Shown here: positions 1 through 8,094 of the stretch, piece by piece | How positions within the stretch are numbered: the first letter of the stretch is position 1 | Layout: each line of letters begins with the position of its first letter | NCBI GenBank assembly: GCA_011773985.1 | Contig: WVWN01000078.1 | Coordinates: forward strand, 39,151 to 103,150 | Source: Candidatus Zixiibacteriota bacterium | Lineage (GTDB): Bacteria; RBG-13-66-14; B26-G2; WVWN01 | Reading direction: 5' to 3' | Length of the DNA stretch: 64,000 nucleotides | Position numbers and translations under genes: made by a program | The notes under the pieces: model-generated | The model's input: the letters and a program-made list of their open reading frames with translations, nothing else | The model's database searches: none | What the model was told of the DNA's origin: nothing

Positions 1-459
1 GGCGCGCGTATACGTCCCGCAGTTTTTGGTACATGAAAAAGTGAGTCAGCTCGTGGTTTATGACTTGGCGGAACCGCGGGTAAGAACCGTCAAAAGGGAT
101 GACGACGCGGTGTTTGAGGAGCTCGGTGAAGCCGGCTACGCCCTCGGGTAAAATGTACGGGAGTACGTTCGTTTCCTGGAACTCGCTATGGGAACCGTAG
201 ATTATAAGGGGGACCCTTTTTTGGGGCATATAGGCCAGGCGTAGCGAGAGGCGGCCCCACGCCTCTTCCGCCAATACGACGGCGCGTTGGGCCAATTCGC
301 GCTCGGCCTCGTAAAAATATAAGTCGACGTGGTCGCCTTTGATGACGCGCCACTCGTGTTCGTAATACTGGACTTTGTTTTTACCGAAGTAAGTATAGGC
401 CCCGGCCGCGGAGGCGATTAACGTAAGCGCGGTTACTCTGATTAAAGTTTTACGCATTT
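1..459 (-). CDS. secreted zinc metallopeptidase-like protein, partial (runs off window start)
   Basis: Reverse-complement translation from ATG at 459: MRKTLIRVTALTLIASAAGA... (signal peptide), then ...FRQVINHELTHFFMYQ carrying an HExxH zinc-binding motif. The 3' end lies beyond coordinate 1. Not in the ORF track because it is truncated. Confidence 0.5.
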
Positions 460-475
460 CGGGTCACGGCCGTCG

Positions 476-1420
476 TTATGGGGTCCGGCGGCTCCCCGGT
501 GGTCCTGACGCCGGGCTTTTTCGCGCCAGCGCCGCGGCGCCTATCACGCCCGCTCGTTCGCCGAGGAGAGCGCCGCGTATCGCGAGGTGGGCGAGCGACG
601 CCGGCAGTGCCGACCGCTTCATCCGCTCGAGCGCGCGTTCGCTTAACGCCGGCCAGGCGCGCGCGACCCCTCCTCCGATGACCAACGTGCCCGGATTCAG
701 GAGGTTCACCGCGGCCGCGAGCGCTACGCCCAGGTACGCGGCCGCCTCCTCCAAAACGTCGGCGGACCCGCGGTCGCCCGCTTCGGCGGCCCGCACGACC
801 GCATCAACGTCGTCGAAGGTGGCCTTCCCGCGGCAACGCGCCGAGGCGCGCCGGACGATAGCCGGGCCTCCCGCGTAGGCCTCGACGCAACCCCGCTGGC
901 CGCAACCACAACGTTCGCCAGCTTGGGCGACGACCGGTACGTGGCCTATCTCCGCGGCGAAGCCGTCGGCGCCGTGGAAAATGTCGCCGTCAACAATCAA
1001 GCCGCCCCCCACGCCCGTCCCGACGAATACCGCGCATAGCGGCTCGCGTGCCATGGGGGTGGCCAAGTATTCGCCGAAGGCCGCGGCGTTGACGTCGTTC
1101 TCTACCACCGCGGGCACGCTAAATTCTTCCTGTAATATGGCTCCCAGCGGGACGTTTTCGAAGCCCAGGTTGGGAGAGGTTACTAGGATGCCCGTTCGCA
1201 AGTCGACGTGGGCCGCGACGGCTACGCCTATGGCGGCGCACGGGTAACGTTCTAAGGCCGGCGCGGCGGCTTCGATTATCCGCCGCAAAACGCCTTCGAA
1301 GCCGGCTTCGGGATTTGTGGGAAACCGTTTTTCCCGGGCGACGTGGTTTTGGGCATCGACTACTGCGAGCGAAGTGGTGGTCCCGCCGATGTCGATACCC
1401 AACGTATAACGCGCCGGCAT
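476..1420 (-). CDS. ROK family sugar kinase (glucokinase / N-acetylglucosamine kinase-like)
   Basis: N-terminal LGIDIGGTTTSLAVVD ATP-binding motif and a CGCGQRGCVEAY zinc-cysteine motif typical of the ROK family. 314 aa. Confidence 0.8.
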   Translation of the reverse strand: MPARYTLGIDIGGTTTSLAVVDAQNHVAREKRFPTNPEAGFEGVLRRIIEAAAPALERYPCAAIGVAVAAHVDLRTGILVTSPNLGFENVPLGAILQEEFSVPAVVENDVNAAAFGEYLATPMAREPLCAVFVGTGVGGGLIVDGDIFHGADGFAAEIGHVPVVAQAGERCGCGQRGCVEAYAGGPAIVRRASARCRGKATFDDVDAVVRAAEAGDRGSADVLEEAAAYLGVALAAAVNLLNPGTLVIGGGVARAWPALSERALERMKRSALPASLAHLAIRGALLGERAGVIGAAALARKSPASGPPGSRRTP

Positions 1421-1447
1421 GAATTAACCCTTACGCCCGGCGCGGCA

Positions 1448-1738
1448 TTAGAAACGCGATTCGTCGATCAACTTGATGATGCTCGACGTTTTCCGCTCGA
1501 CGCGTTCCTGTTCGCGTTTCCTTTGCTCGAGGTTCCGGAAGTAATCTTCGGCTATGTTCAAAGCGGTCAGTATCGCGACCTTCTCCGTGGAGATGAGGTT
1601 GTTGTTCTCCGATATTTCCCACATTTTATCGTCTACGAACTTCGCGATGCGTCGGACCTCGTCGGGGTTGCGGTCGCTCGTAATCGAATATTCGACGCCG
1701 AAGATGGTCACTTTGGTAGTTTGTTTGCCTTGAGCCAT
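1448..1738 (-). CDS. zapA: cell division protein ZapA
   Basis: 96 aa with a TIFGVEYSI...NPDEVRRIAKFVDDKM core typical of ZapA. Sits downstream of pheST, as in many bacteria. Confidence 0.7.
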   Translation of the reverse strand: MAQGKQTTKVTIFGVEYSITSDRNPDEVRRIAKFVDDKMWEISENNNLISTEKVAILTALNIAEDYFRNLEQRKREQERVERKTSSIIKLIDESRF

Positions 1739-1788
1739 ATCGACCCCCGATAGTTACGGCGGGCGCCCCGGCCGCTGAACCTATCGTC

Positions 1789-2100
1789 CTAGGACATAAG
1801 TTCGGCTTGGCCGCTTTCGCTTCTTCCCATCTCTTTTTCGAATGTTTCCAACTTGGCGAGTATTTGTTCCACGCGCGCGCGGGCCTCTTCCTGTTTTTTA
1901 CGCAGTGCTTCGTTTTCGGTCGCGAGCTGTCGATACTCGTTGATTTTCCTCACGAGTTTATCCTTCTCCTGCTCGGCGGCGTCCAATTCTTTTACTTTTT
2001 GCGCGATTTCCTCCTCCAAGCGGTCCTTCTCTTCCTTGTGCTTGCGGATTGTCTGGACCAGGAGCATCACTTTTTCTTCGAGGCTGGCAAGGTTGTCCAT
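1789..2100 (-). CDS. coiled-coil protein, ZapB-like
   Basis: 103 aa, almost entirely heptad-repeat E/K/L-rich coiled coil (LEEKVMLLVQTIRKHKEEKDRLEEEIAQK...). Lies immediately upstream of zapA on the same strand. Confidence 0.4.
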   Translation of the reverse strand: MDNLASLEEKVMLLVQTIRKHKEEKDRLEEEIAQKVKELDAAEQEKDKLVRKINEYRQLATENEALRKKQEEARARVEQILAKLETFEKEMGRSESGQAELMS

Positions 2101-2112
2101 GGCCCTCGCTCC

Positions 2113-4116
2113 TTAGTTTTGATGTTGACTGCGCAAAGTCGCGCCGAATTTTGCCGCGAGCATTTTTATCGTCTCTTCCCGGGCGTCGTTGACCTCTTCG
2201 TCGGTCAACGTCCGGTCGTCGGCCTGGTAGCGAATCCGAACGCCCAGGCTTTTTCGCCGCGCGGGGATGCTCTCGCCGGCGAAGACGTCGAAGACGGCGA
2301 CGTCGCGTACGAGGTCGTTCGATTCGCGGATGGCCGCGACGATGTCCGCGCCGGCCTTGTCCTCGTCGAGGACCAACGCCAGGTCGCGGACGACCGAGGG
2401 GAAGCGGGAAATAGGGCGGTAGCGGCGCGCGGTCGCGGTGAGCGCGCGTAGCGGGCTTACGTCGAGTTCGGTTACGTGGGCGGCGCCGAACGGCTCGACG
2501 GCGGCTTGGCGGTAGGCACCTGTCGCCGGGCCGACGCGGAAGTTCGTCCCTTCCCATTCCGTACTCGCGCCGAGGACTCGGCCGAGCGCTTCAAGGGTGC
2601 CCTTGACGAAGAAGAAATTTGCCTCCCCGGGCCGCCGCGACCAGTGGCGGGGTTCGGCTTCGCCCGCGGCGAGGAGGCCGAGGTGGAGATGCTCGGCTAC
2701 GGTACCGCCTTTGTCCGCCGTGAAGACGTTGCCGATTTCGAAAATCAGTACCGACGGCGCGCCGAGGCGGCCGTTGCGCATCGCCACGTCGGCCAGGTTG
2801 GGCCAGAGCGCCACGCGAAGGTGCGAAAACTGGCTTACGGTCGGGTTGGCGACGGCGACGGCTTCGCAGGGGTCCAGGCCGCAGGCGGCGAGTTGCTCCG
2901 GGTTCGTAAAGGTCGGCGTGTATACCTCGGTGAAGCCGGCCGCCGTGAGGACCTCGCGCATTTTCCGCTCGAGTTCCTCGCGCGGGGCGCGGGCGGGAGG
3001 CGGGAGGCGTCCGCCGGGTAGCGTAGCTTCGACGTTATCGTAGCCGTAGGCGCGGGCGATCTCTTCGACTACGTCAATCTCGGAATTTACGTCGCGCCGA
3101 TAGGGGGGCGCGGATATGACGAGGTTTTCCATACGGTCGAGGCCGACGTCGAAGTAGAGGCGCCTGAGAAGGACGGCCATATCCTCGCCTGTTAGGCTCG
3201 TGCCCATAAGCATATTGGCGCGCGCGGGCCTTAGGACAACCGCCGGCCGCGGCCATTCGGTTTGGCCCTTGTCCGCAGGCGGGGCCAGCACCGTTCCCCC
3301 GGCGAGCTCGGCTAAGAGGGCCGCGGCCCGGTTCGCCGCCTCCAGGGTTGCGGTCGGGTCCGTGCCCCGTTCGAACCTGTACGAGGATTCGGTAGATAGG
3401 CCGTAGCGCCGCGCCGTCCGGCGAACGTTGGCCGGGTCGAAGTAGGCACTCTCGATAACGACGGCTTGGGTGGAAGAAGACACCTCGCTGTCTCGGCCGC
3501 CCATGACGCCCGCGAGCGCTACCGGCCCCTCTGCGTCGGCTATGACGAGGTCTTCCGACGATAGCGTTAGTTCCTCGTCGTTAATGAGGACGAGCTTTTC
3601 TCCCGCTCCGGCGCGCCGAATGACGAGTTTGCGCCCCCGGAGTTTGGCCAGATCGAACGCGTGGAGCGGCTGGCCCATTTCCAAGTTGACGAAGTTCGTG
3701 ATGTCGACGACGTTATTTAGTGAGCGAACGCCGACCGCCTCCAGCCGTTGGGCGAGCCATGGCAGCGACGTTCCCACGTCTAGGTTGGTTACGATTCGCG
3801 CCGAGTAACGGGGGCACAAATCCTGGTCGACGAGGTCCACTTCGACGGAAAGTTCCTTGGGTATGTTTACTTCCTTTATGTAGACGGGCGGGAGCGTGAG
3901 CGGCGCAAGCGTGAGGGAAGAGATTTCGCGCGCAAGCCCTATCATGGATAAGCAGTCGCTGCGCACCGGGACCACGTCGACGTCGAAGATTACGTCGTCG
4001 TCGACGCGCGAGAGCAATTCCACCTCGAGGCCGACCATCGTCAGTTGCTCGGCCAACCTGTCGGCGGGGACGGTTGCGGGGCAATAATCGCGGAGCCATT
4101 TTAGGCTGTATTTCAT
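2113..4116 (-). CDS. pheT: phenylalanine--tRNA ligase beta subunit (short form without the N-terminal OB-fold tRNA-binding domain)
   Basis: B1 N-terminus (MKYSLKWLRDY...MVGLEVE), B3/B4 and B5 regions, and a C-terminal anticodon-binding-like domain. 667 aa versus roughly 790 aa typical. The B1 segment runs directly into the B3-like region. Immediately downstream of pheS. Confidence 0.85.
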   Translation of the reverse strand: MKYSLKWLRDYCPATVPADRLAEQLTMVGLEVELLSRVDDDVIFDVDVVPVRSDCLSMIGLAREISSLTLAPLTLPPVYIKEVNIPKELSVEVDLVDQDLCPRYSARIVTNLDVGTSLPWLAQRLEAVGVRSLNNVVDITNFVNLEMGQPLHAFDLAKLRGRKLVIRRAGAGEKLVLINDEELTLSSEDLVIADAEGPVALAGVMGGRDSEVSSSTQAVVIESAYFDPANVRRTARRYGLSTESSYRFERGTDPTATLEAANRAAALLAELAGGTVLAPPADKGQTEWPRPAVVLRPARANMLMGTSLTGEDMAVLLRRLYFDVGLDRMENLVISAPPYRRDVNSEIDVVEEIARAYGYDNVEATLPGGRLPPPARAPREELERKMREVLTAAGFTEVYTPTFTNPEQLAACGLDPCEAVAVANPTVSQFSHLRVALWPNLADVAMRNGRLGAPSVLIFEIGNVFTADKGGTVAEHLHLGLLAAGEAEPRHWSRRPGEANFFFVKGTLEALGRVLGASTEWEGTNFRVGPATGAYRQAAVEPFGAAHVTELDVSPLRALTATARRYRPISRFPSVVRDLALVLDEDKAGADIVAAIRESNDLVRDVAVFDVFAGESIPARRKSLGVRIRYQADDRTLTDEEVNDAREETIKMLAAKFGATLRSQHQN

Positions 4117-4120
4117 CGAT

Positions 4121-5155
4121 TTAAAATTGTTGTAGAAACGCGAAGTCGTTCTCGTAGAAAAGGCGGATGTCGTTGACGCCGTATTTCAGCATGGCGATTC
4201 GTTCGACGCCCATGCCGAACGCGTAGCCGACCCAACGTTCCGGGTCGTAGCCGACGTTGCGGAAGACGCTCGGATGGACCATGCCGGCGCCCGCGATTTC
4301 GAGCCAGCCTTTGCCGCCGCAGGTCGGGCACCCCACGCCGTCGCAGACGGCGCACGATACGTCGACCTCCGCGGAGGGCTCGGTAAAGGGGAAGAAGTGC
4401 GGGCGAAAGCGCATTTTCGTTCCCGGGCCGAAGACGTATTCGGCGAAGGCGGCGAGCGTTCCCTTGAGGTCGCCCAAGGATACGTTGTCGTCAACGAGCA
4501 GGCCCTCTACTTGGTGGAATACGGGGTAGTGGGAGGCGTCCACCGCGTCGGCTCGGTAGCAGCGGCCCGGGACGATTACGCGCAGGGGCGGTTCCTGCGA
4601 TAACATCACGCGTACCTGGACGGGCGACGTGTGGGTGCGAAGGAGCCACTCGTCGTTTATATATAACGTATCCTGAGCATCGCGGCTCGGGTGGTCGGGC
4701 GGGAAGTTTAGCGCGCCGAAGTTATGGAATTCATCTTCGACTTCCGGGCCGTCCGCTATAGAGAAGCCCAAGGCCGTGAAGAACGCGGCTATCTCGTAAT
4801 AGGTCTTGGTAATGGGGTGGAGCGAACCTATCGCCGGCGTGATACCCGGGAGCGTATAATCGATGCGGCCTTTGCCGGCCTCAGCCTTTTTTTCGGCGAA
4901 CTGCCGCTGTATTCGCCCGTAGCGGCCCTCGAGTTCAGCGCGTAACTCGTTGAGCGCTCGGCCCGCCGCGGGCTTTTCCGCTTCCGGGAGCGAGGAAAGG
5001 CTTTTGCTGAGCCGGCTCAGCGCCGATTTCCGGCCGAGGAATTTTACGCGCCACCGCTCCAGCTCTTTTTCGTCGGCGACGGACGCCGCGGCTTCTCCGG
5101 CGGCCTTTTTCAACGCCGTAGTTTCGGCCAACAGTTTTCGCGTCTCGTCCGTCAC
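4121..5155 (-). CDS. pheS: phenylalanine--tRNA ligase alpha subunit
   Basis: Class II aaRS motifs (FPPDHPSRDAQDTLY, HPVFHQVEGL, GYAFGMGVERIAML). The six-frame ORF (412 aa) begins with out-of-frame R-rich overlap. The likely true start is the GTG at 5155..5153, in the GTGA that overlaps the upstream S4 gene's stop, giving about 344 aa beginning (M)TDETRKLLAE. Confidence 0.85.
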   Translation of the reverse strand: MTDETRKLLAETTALKKAAGEAAASVADEKELERWRVKFLGRKSALSRLSKSLSSLPEAEKPAAGRALNELRAELEGRYGRIQRQFAEKKAEAGKGRIDYTLPGITPAIGSLHPITKTYYEIAAFFTALGFSIADGPEVEDEFHNFGALNFPPDHPSRDAQDTLYINDEWLLRTHTSPVQVRVMLSQEPPLRVIVPGRCYRADAVDASHYPVFHQVEGLLVDDNVSLGDLKGTLAAFAEYVFGPGTKMRFRPHFFPFTEPSAEVDVSCAVCDGVGCPTCGGKGWLEIAGAGMVHPSVFRNVGYDPERWVGYAFGMGVERIAMLKYGVNDIRLFYENDFAFLQQF

Positions 5156-5448
5156 TTTAATATATCCGTCCGTTCGTCCGCCAAGACTTCGTATAGCGCG
5201 GGGGCCTGGGCCTTGGGGACCGATTTGGCCGTCGGGACTTCTTCCACCCTTACGACGAGCCGCCGATTCGGTAACGTCACTTCGACGGTTTCGCCTATGC
5301 GGACGTCGTGGGCCGGTTTCACGCTTTTGCCGTCGACCTTGACGTGCCCTGCGTCGCAAATCTCTTTGGCTCGCGTGCGCTGTTTCACCAGCCGCGCGAC
5401 CACCAGGAATTTATCGAGCCGCATCGCCGACGGTTGCGAATATAACAT
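5152..5448 (-). CDS. S4-domain RNA-binding protein (Hsp15/HslR-like)
   Basis: MRLDKFLVVARLVKQRTRAKEICDAGHVKVDGKSVKPAHDVRIGETVEV is the classic S4 alpha-L RNA-binding fold of Hsp15-like proteins. 98 aa. Its stop overlaps the pheS GTG start. Confidence 0.7.
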   Translation of the reverse strand: MLYSQPSAMRLDKFLVVARLVKQRTRAKEICDAGHVKVDGKSVKPAHDVRIGETVEVTLPNRRLVVRVEEVPTAKSVPKAQAPALYEVLADERTDILK

Positions 5449-5532
5449 TATATATCGATATTTGTCAAAAGAAAACCGACGTTGTATTGCGAAACTACTT
5501 TAGGGGCGATTTTATCGCGGGGGGGCATAGCG

Positions 5533-5561
5533 GAATTTTTATTGCGGCCTTAAGCGTTGAA
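5533..5561 (+). promoter_or_regulatory. candidate sigma70-like promoter upstream of the sucC-like gene
   Basis: TTGCGG (5533-5538), 17-nt spacer, TATAAT (5556-5561), in the divergent intergenic region about 75 nt upstream of the GTG start at 5637. Confidence 0.35.
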
Positions 5562-5636
5562 ATCTTATAATGCCCGCCTAACGTCCCACCCCGGTGGGAA
5601 TGAAACGGCTCCAATCTTAAAAATACCCGACGAGCT

Positions 5637-7184
5637 GTGGCGCGACTTTACGAATACCAGGGCAAAGCGCTATTGCGACGGGCGGGCGTAAAGGTCCCGC
5701 GCGGGCGGCCGGCGTACTCCCCGGCCGAGGTCGCGGCCGTCGCCTACGAAATCGGCGCCCCGGTCGTGCTCAAGGCCCAGGTCTTCGTTACGGCGCGGGC
5801 CGCGGCCGGCGGCATCCAATTCGCCGATAACGCCATGGCTGCGGAGCGGGTCGCGGGCCGCGAGATGTTCGGCCGCACGATAAAGGGCCAACGTTGCGAC
5901 GTCGTCCTGGTGGAGGAGAGACTCGACATCGCGCGCGAGATGTACGTCGCGGTCGTCGTCGACAACGACGCTCGCAAACCGCTCGTCATCTTCTCTTCCG
6001 TCGGCGGCTCGGGCGTCGAAGAGATCGCCGCGGCGCACCCGGAGGCGTTGGTCAAAAGAGACGTCGAGTCGGCGCGCGGCCTGTACGGCTACGAGGCGCG
6101 CGAGCTGGCGCGGCGCGCGGGCCTTAAAGGCCGGGAGCTGGTCGGCGTCGCGGACGCGTTGACGAAACTTTGGCGGGTCGCCCGGGACGCCGAGGCACGT
6201 GCCGTGGAGATAAACCCGTTGGTAATTACGGCCGGGGGCGAGGTGGTGGCCGCGGACTGCCGTATAACGGCGGACGACTACGCCGTCTTCCGGCACCCGG
6301 AGCTGGCCGTCGCGGTCGCGCGCGAGTTCGACCGGCCGCCGACGGAGCTCGACCTCATCGCGTATAACGCCGAGAAGGACGACTACCGCGGCACGTTCTA
6401 TTTCGTGCAGCTCGAGGAAGGTTTTGGCCGCGAAGGCCGCTATATCGGCTTCCACGGCGCGGGCGGCGGCGGCTCGATGATGTCGATGGACGCGGCGCTC
6501 GCGGAAGGGTTCAATATCGCGAACTTCTGCGACACCTCCGGCAATCCGCCGGCGAGCAAGGTCTACCGCGCGGCGCGCATAATTCTCGCTCAAAAGGGCC
6601 TGGTGGGATACTTCGGCTCGGGCTCGGGCGTCGCGAGTCAGGAGCAGTTCCACTCCGCGCGCGGCCTGGTGAAGGCTTTCCGCGAAGTTTGGCTTAATGT
6701 CCCCTGCGTCGAGCGCCTGGGCGGCAACCGGGAAGAACGGGCGATTCAAATATTGACCGAATATACGAAGGACCTTCCGGCGCCGCTCGAGTGCTACGGC
6801 AAGGACACCTCGGCCCGATATTGCGCCCGGCGGCTGCGCGAGCTCGTGGACGGCTACGACTACGACGCTGCCCGCGAGAAGCCGCCAGAGACGCCGCGCG
6901 ATTCCTCCTATTCTTTTAAGACCGTTACCGGCGGTACCGTCTCCTACGATTACGCGAGGTGCGACGGTTGCCAAACCAAGGTGTGCGTTAATGAGTGCGT
7001 GCCGGGGATACTCGAGCTCGACGGCGGCCGGCCGGTCCTCAACGTCAGCGAGGAGGAGGCGGCGCGGGGGCGCTGCACCGAATGCCTGGCGTGCGAGGTC
7101 GAGTGCCACGCCCGCGGCAACGGCGGCGGCAAAATAACGCTACCCATCCCGGGTTTGGGGGAGTATTTGACTAAGACGGCGTGA
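5637..7184 (+). CDS. succinyl-CoA-synthetase-beta-like ATP-grasp subunit with a C-terminal 2x[4Fe-4S] ferredoxin domain (candidate citryl-CoA synthetase large subunit)
   Basis: N-terminal (M)ARLYEYQGKALLRRAGV and AVEINPLVIT match SucC. Ligase-CoA region GFHGAGGGGSMMSMDAALAEGFNIANFCDTSGN. An extra ~120-aa C-terminus carries CDGCQTKVCVNECVP and CTECLACEVEC cysteine clusters. GTG start. Confidence 0.7.
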   Translation: MARLYEYQGKALLRRAGVKVPRGRPAYSPAEVAAVAYEIGAPVVLKAQVFVTARAAAGGIQFADNAMAAERVAGREMFGRTIKGQRCDVVLVEERLDIAREMYVAVVVDNDARKPLVIFSSVGGSGVEEIAAAHPEALVKRDVESARGLYGYEARELARRAGLKGRELVGVADALTKLWRVARDAEARAVEINPLVITAGGEVVAADCRITADDYAVFRHPELAVAVAREFDRPPTELDLIAYNAEKDDYRGTFYFVQLEEGFGREGRYIGFHGAGGGGSMMSMDAALAEGFNIANFCDTSGNPPASKVYRAARIILAQKGLVGYFGSGSGVASQEQFHSARGLVKAFREVWLNVPCVERLGGNREERAIQILTEYTKDLPAPLECYGKDTSARYCARRLRELVDGYDYDAAREKPPETPRDSSYSFKTVTGGTVSYDYARCDGCQTKVCVNECVPGILELDGGRPVLNVSEEEAARGRCTECLACEVECHARGNGGGKITLPIPGLGEYLTKTA

Positions 7185-7185
7185 T

Positions 7186-8094
7186 ATGTCGATATTGATA
7201 AATTCCGGGGATAAAGTCATCGTCGCCGGCATCACCGGCCGCGAGGGGCGCGCGCGGACGCGCCTAATGAAGGGCTACGGCACCAACGTCGTCGCCGGCG
7301 TTTCGCCCGGCCACGGCGGCGAGGAGGTCGAGGGCGTCCCGGTCTTCGACACCGTGGGCGCCGCGGTCGAGGCGGTGGGCGAGATTTACGCGTCGGTTGT
7401 CTTCGTGCCGGGGCCCGCGGTGAAGGAGGCGGCGCTCGAGGCGTTCGACGCCGGCGTAAAGCTCGCGGTGCTCGTCCCGGACCGCGTGCCCATATGGGAC
7501 GTGCTCGCGATAGATGCCGCGGCGCGGGAGGCCGGCGCCCGATACGTCGGCCCGAACACGCTGGGGGTGTTGTCGGTCGGCGAGGCGGTACTGGGGATGG
7601 TCGGCGGGAGCGCGGAATCGGCGCGGGAATGGTTCAAACCCGGGCCGGTAGGGATATCTTCTCGCTCGGGCGGGATTACGGCGTCGCTGGCCTACTACCT
7701 CGGCCGGGCCGGCGTCGGTGCGACCACGCTCGTCCACGTCGGCGGCGACGCCGTCGTCGGCACGCCCCACCAGGACGTCGTTCGGTTATTCCAGGAGGAC
7801 GCCGATACCAAGGCCGTCGTGTTGTTCGGTGAGATAGGGAGCAGCCAGGAGGAAAAGGTGGCGGAGCTTGTCGCCGAAGGCGTAGTTACTAAGCCGGTGG
7901 TGGCGTTCATAGGCGGCAAGGCCGCGAGGGAGGGGACGCGTTTCTCGCACGCCGGCGCGATCGTCGAGGCCGGCCGCGGGACGTACGAGGGCAAAGTGAA
8001 GGCTTTGCGCGAGGCGGGCGCTGTCGTTGTAGACGATTACGATAAGGTCGCGGAACGTACGTTGGGAGTTTTAAAAGACTTGGGCGAGGTATGA
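7186..8094 (+). CDS. succinyl-CoA-synthetase-alpha-like CoA-binding subunit (candidate citryl-CoA synthetase small subunit)
   Basis: MSILINSGDKVIVAGITGREG CoA-binding N-terminus, GISSRSGGITAS, and a phosphohistidine loop FSHAGAIV. 302 aa. Starts 2 nt after the beta-like gene's stop. Confidence 0.8.
   Translation: MSILINSGDKVIVAGITGREGRARTRLMKGYGTNVVAGVSPGHGGEEVEGVPVFDTVGAAVEAVGEIYASVVFVPGPAVKEAALEAFDAGVKLAVLVPDRVPIWDVLAIDAAAREAGARYVGPNTLGVLSVGEAVLGMVGGSAESAREWFKPGPVGISSRSGGITASLAYYLGRAGVGATTLVHVGGDAVVGTPHQDVVRLFQEDADTKAVVLFGEIGSSQEEKVAELVAEGVVTKPVVAFIGGKAAREGTRFSHAGAIVEAGRGTYEGKVKALREAGAVVVDDYDKVAERTLGVLKDLGEV

Noticed and set aside
1958-2557. Numerous long Arg/Pro/Gly-rich ORFs antisense to or overlapping well-supported genes. 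Examples: 1958..2557, 3713..4099, 7264..7770, 12221..12661, 27104..27979, 33654..34559, 49922..50536, 51461..52078, 53649..54188.
   Set aside because: These are typical GC-rich shadow ORFs. They have low-complexity RRRxGRR composition and no motifs, and every one overlaps a gene with strong homology signatures on the other strand or frame.
5449-5636. Possible T-box or other riboswitch leader in the divergent intergenic region upstream of the S4-pheS-pheT operon.
   Set aside because: I could not find a convincing specifier-loop/antiterminator arrangement or a conserved T-box sequence (AATTAGGGTGGNACCGCG-like) by eye. Only a short CCCACC-CCGG-TGGG hairpin is present.
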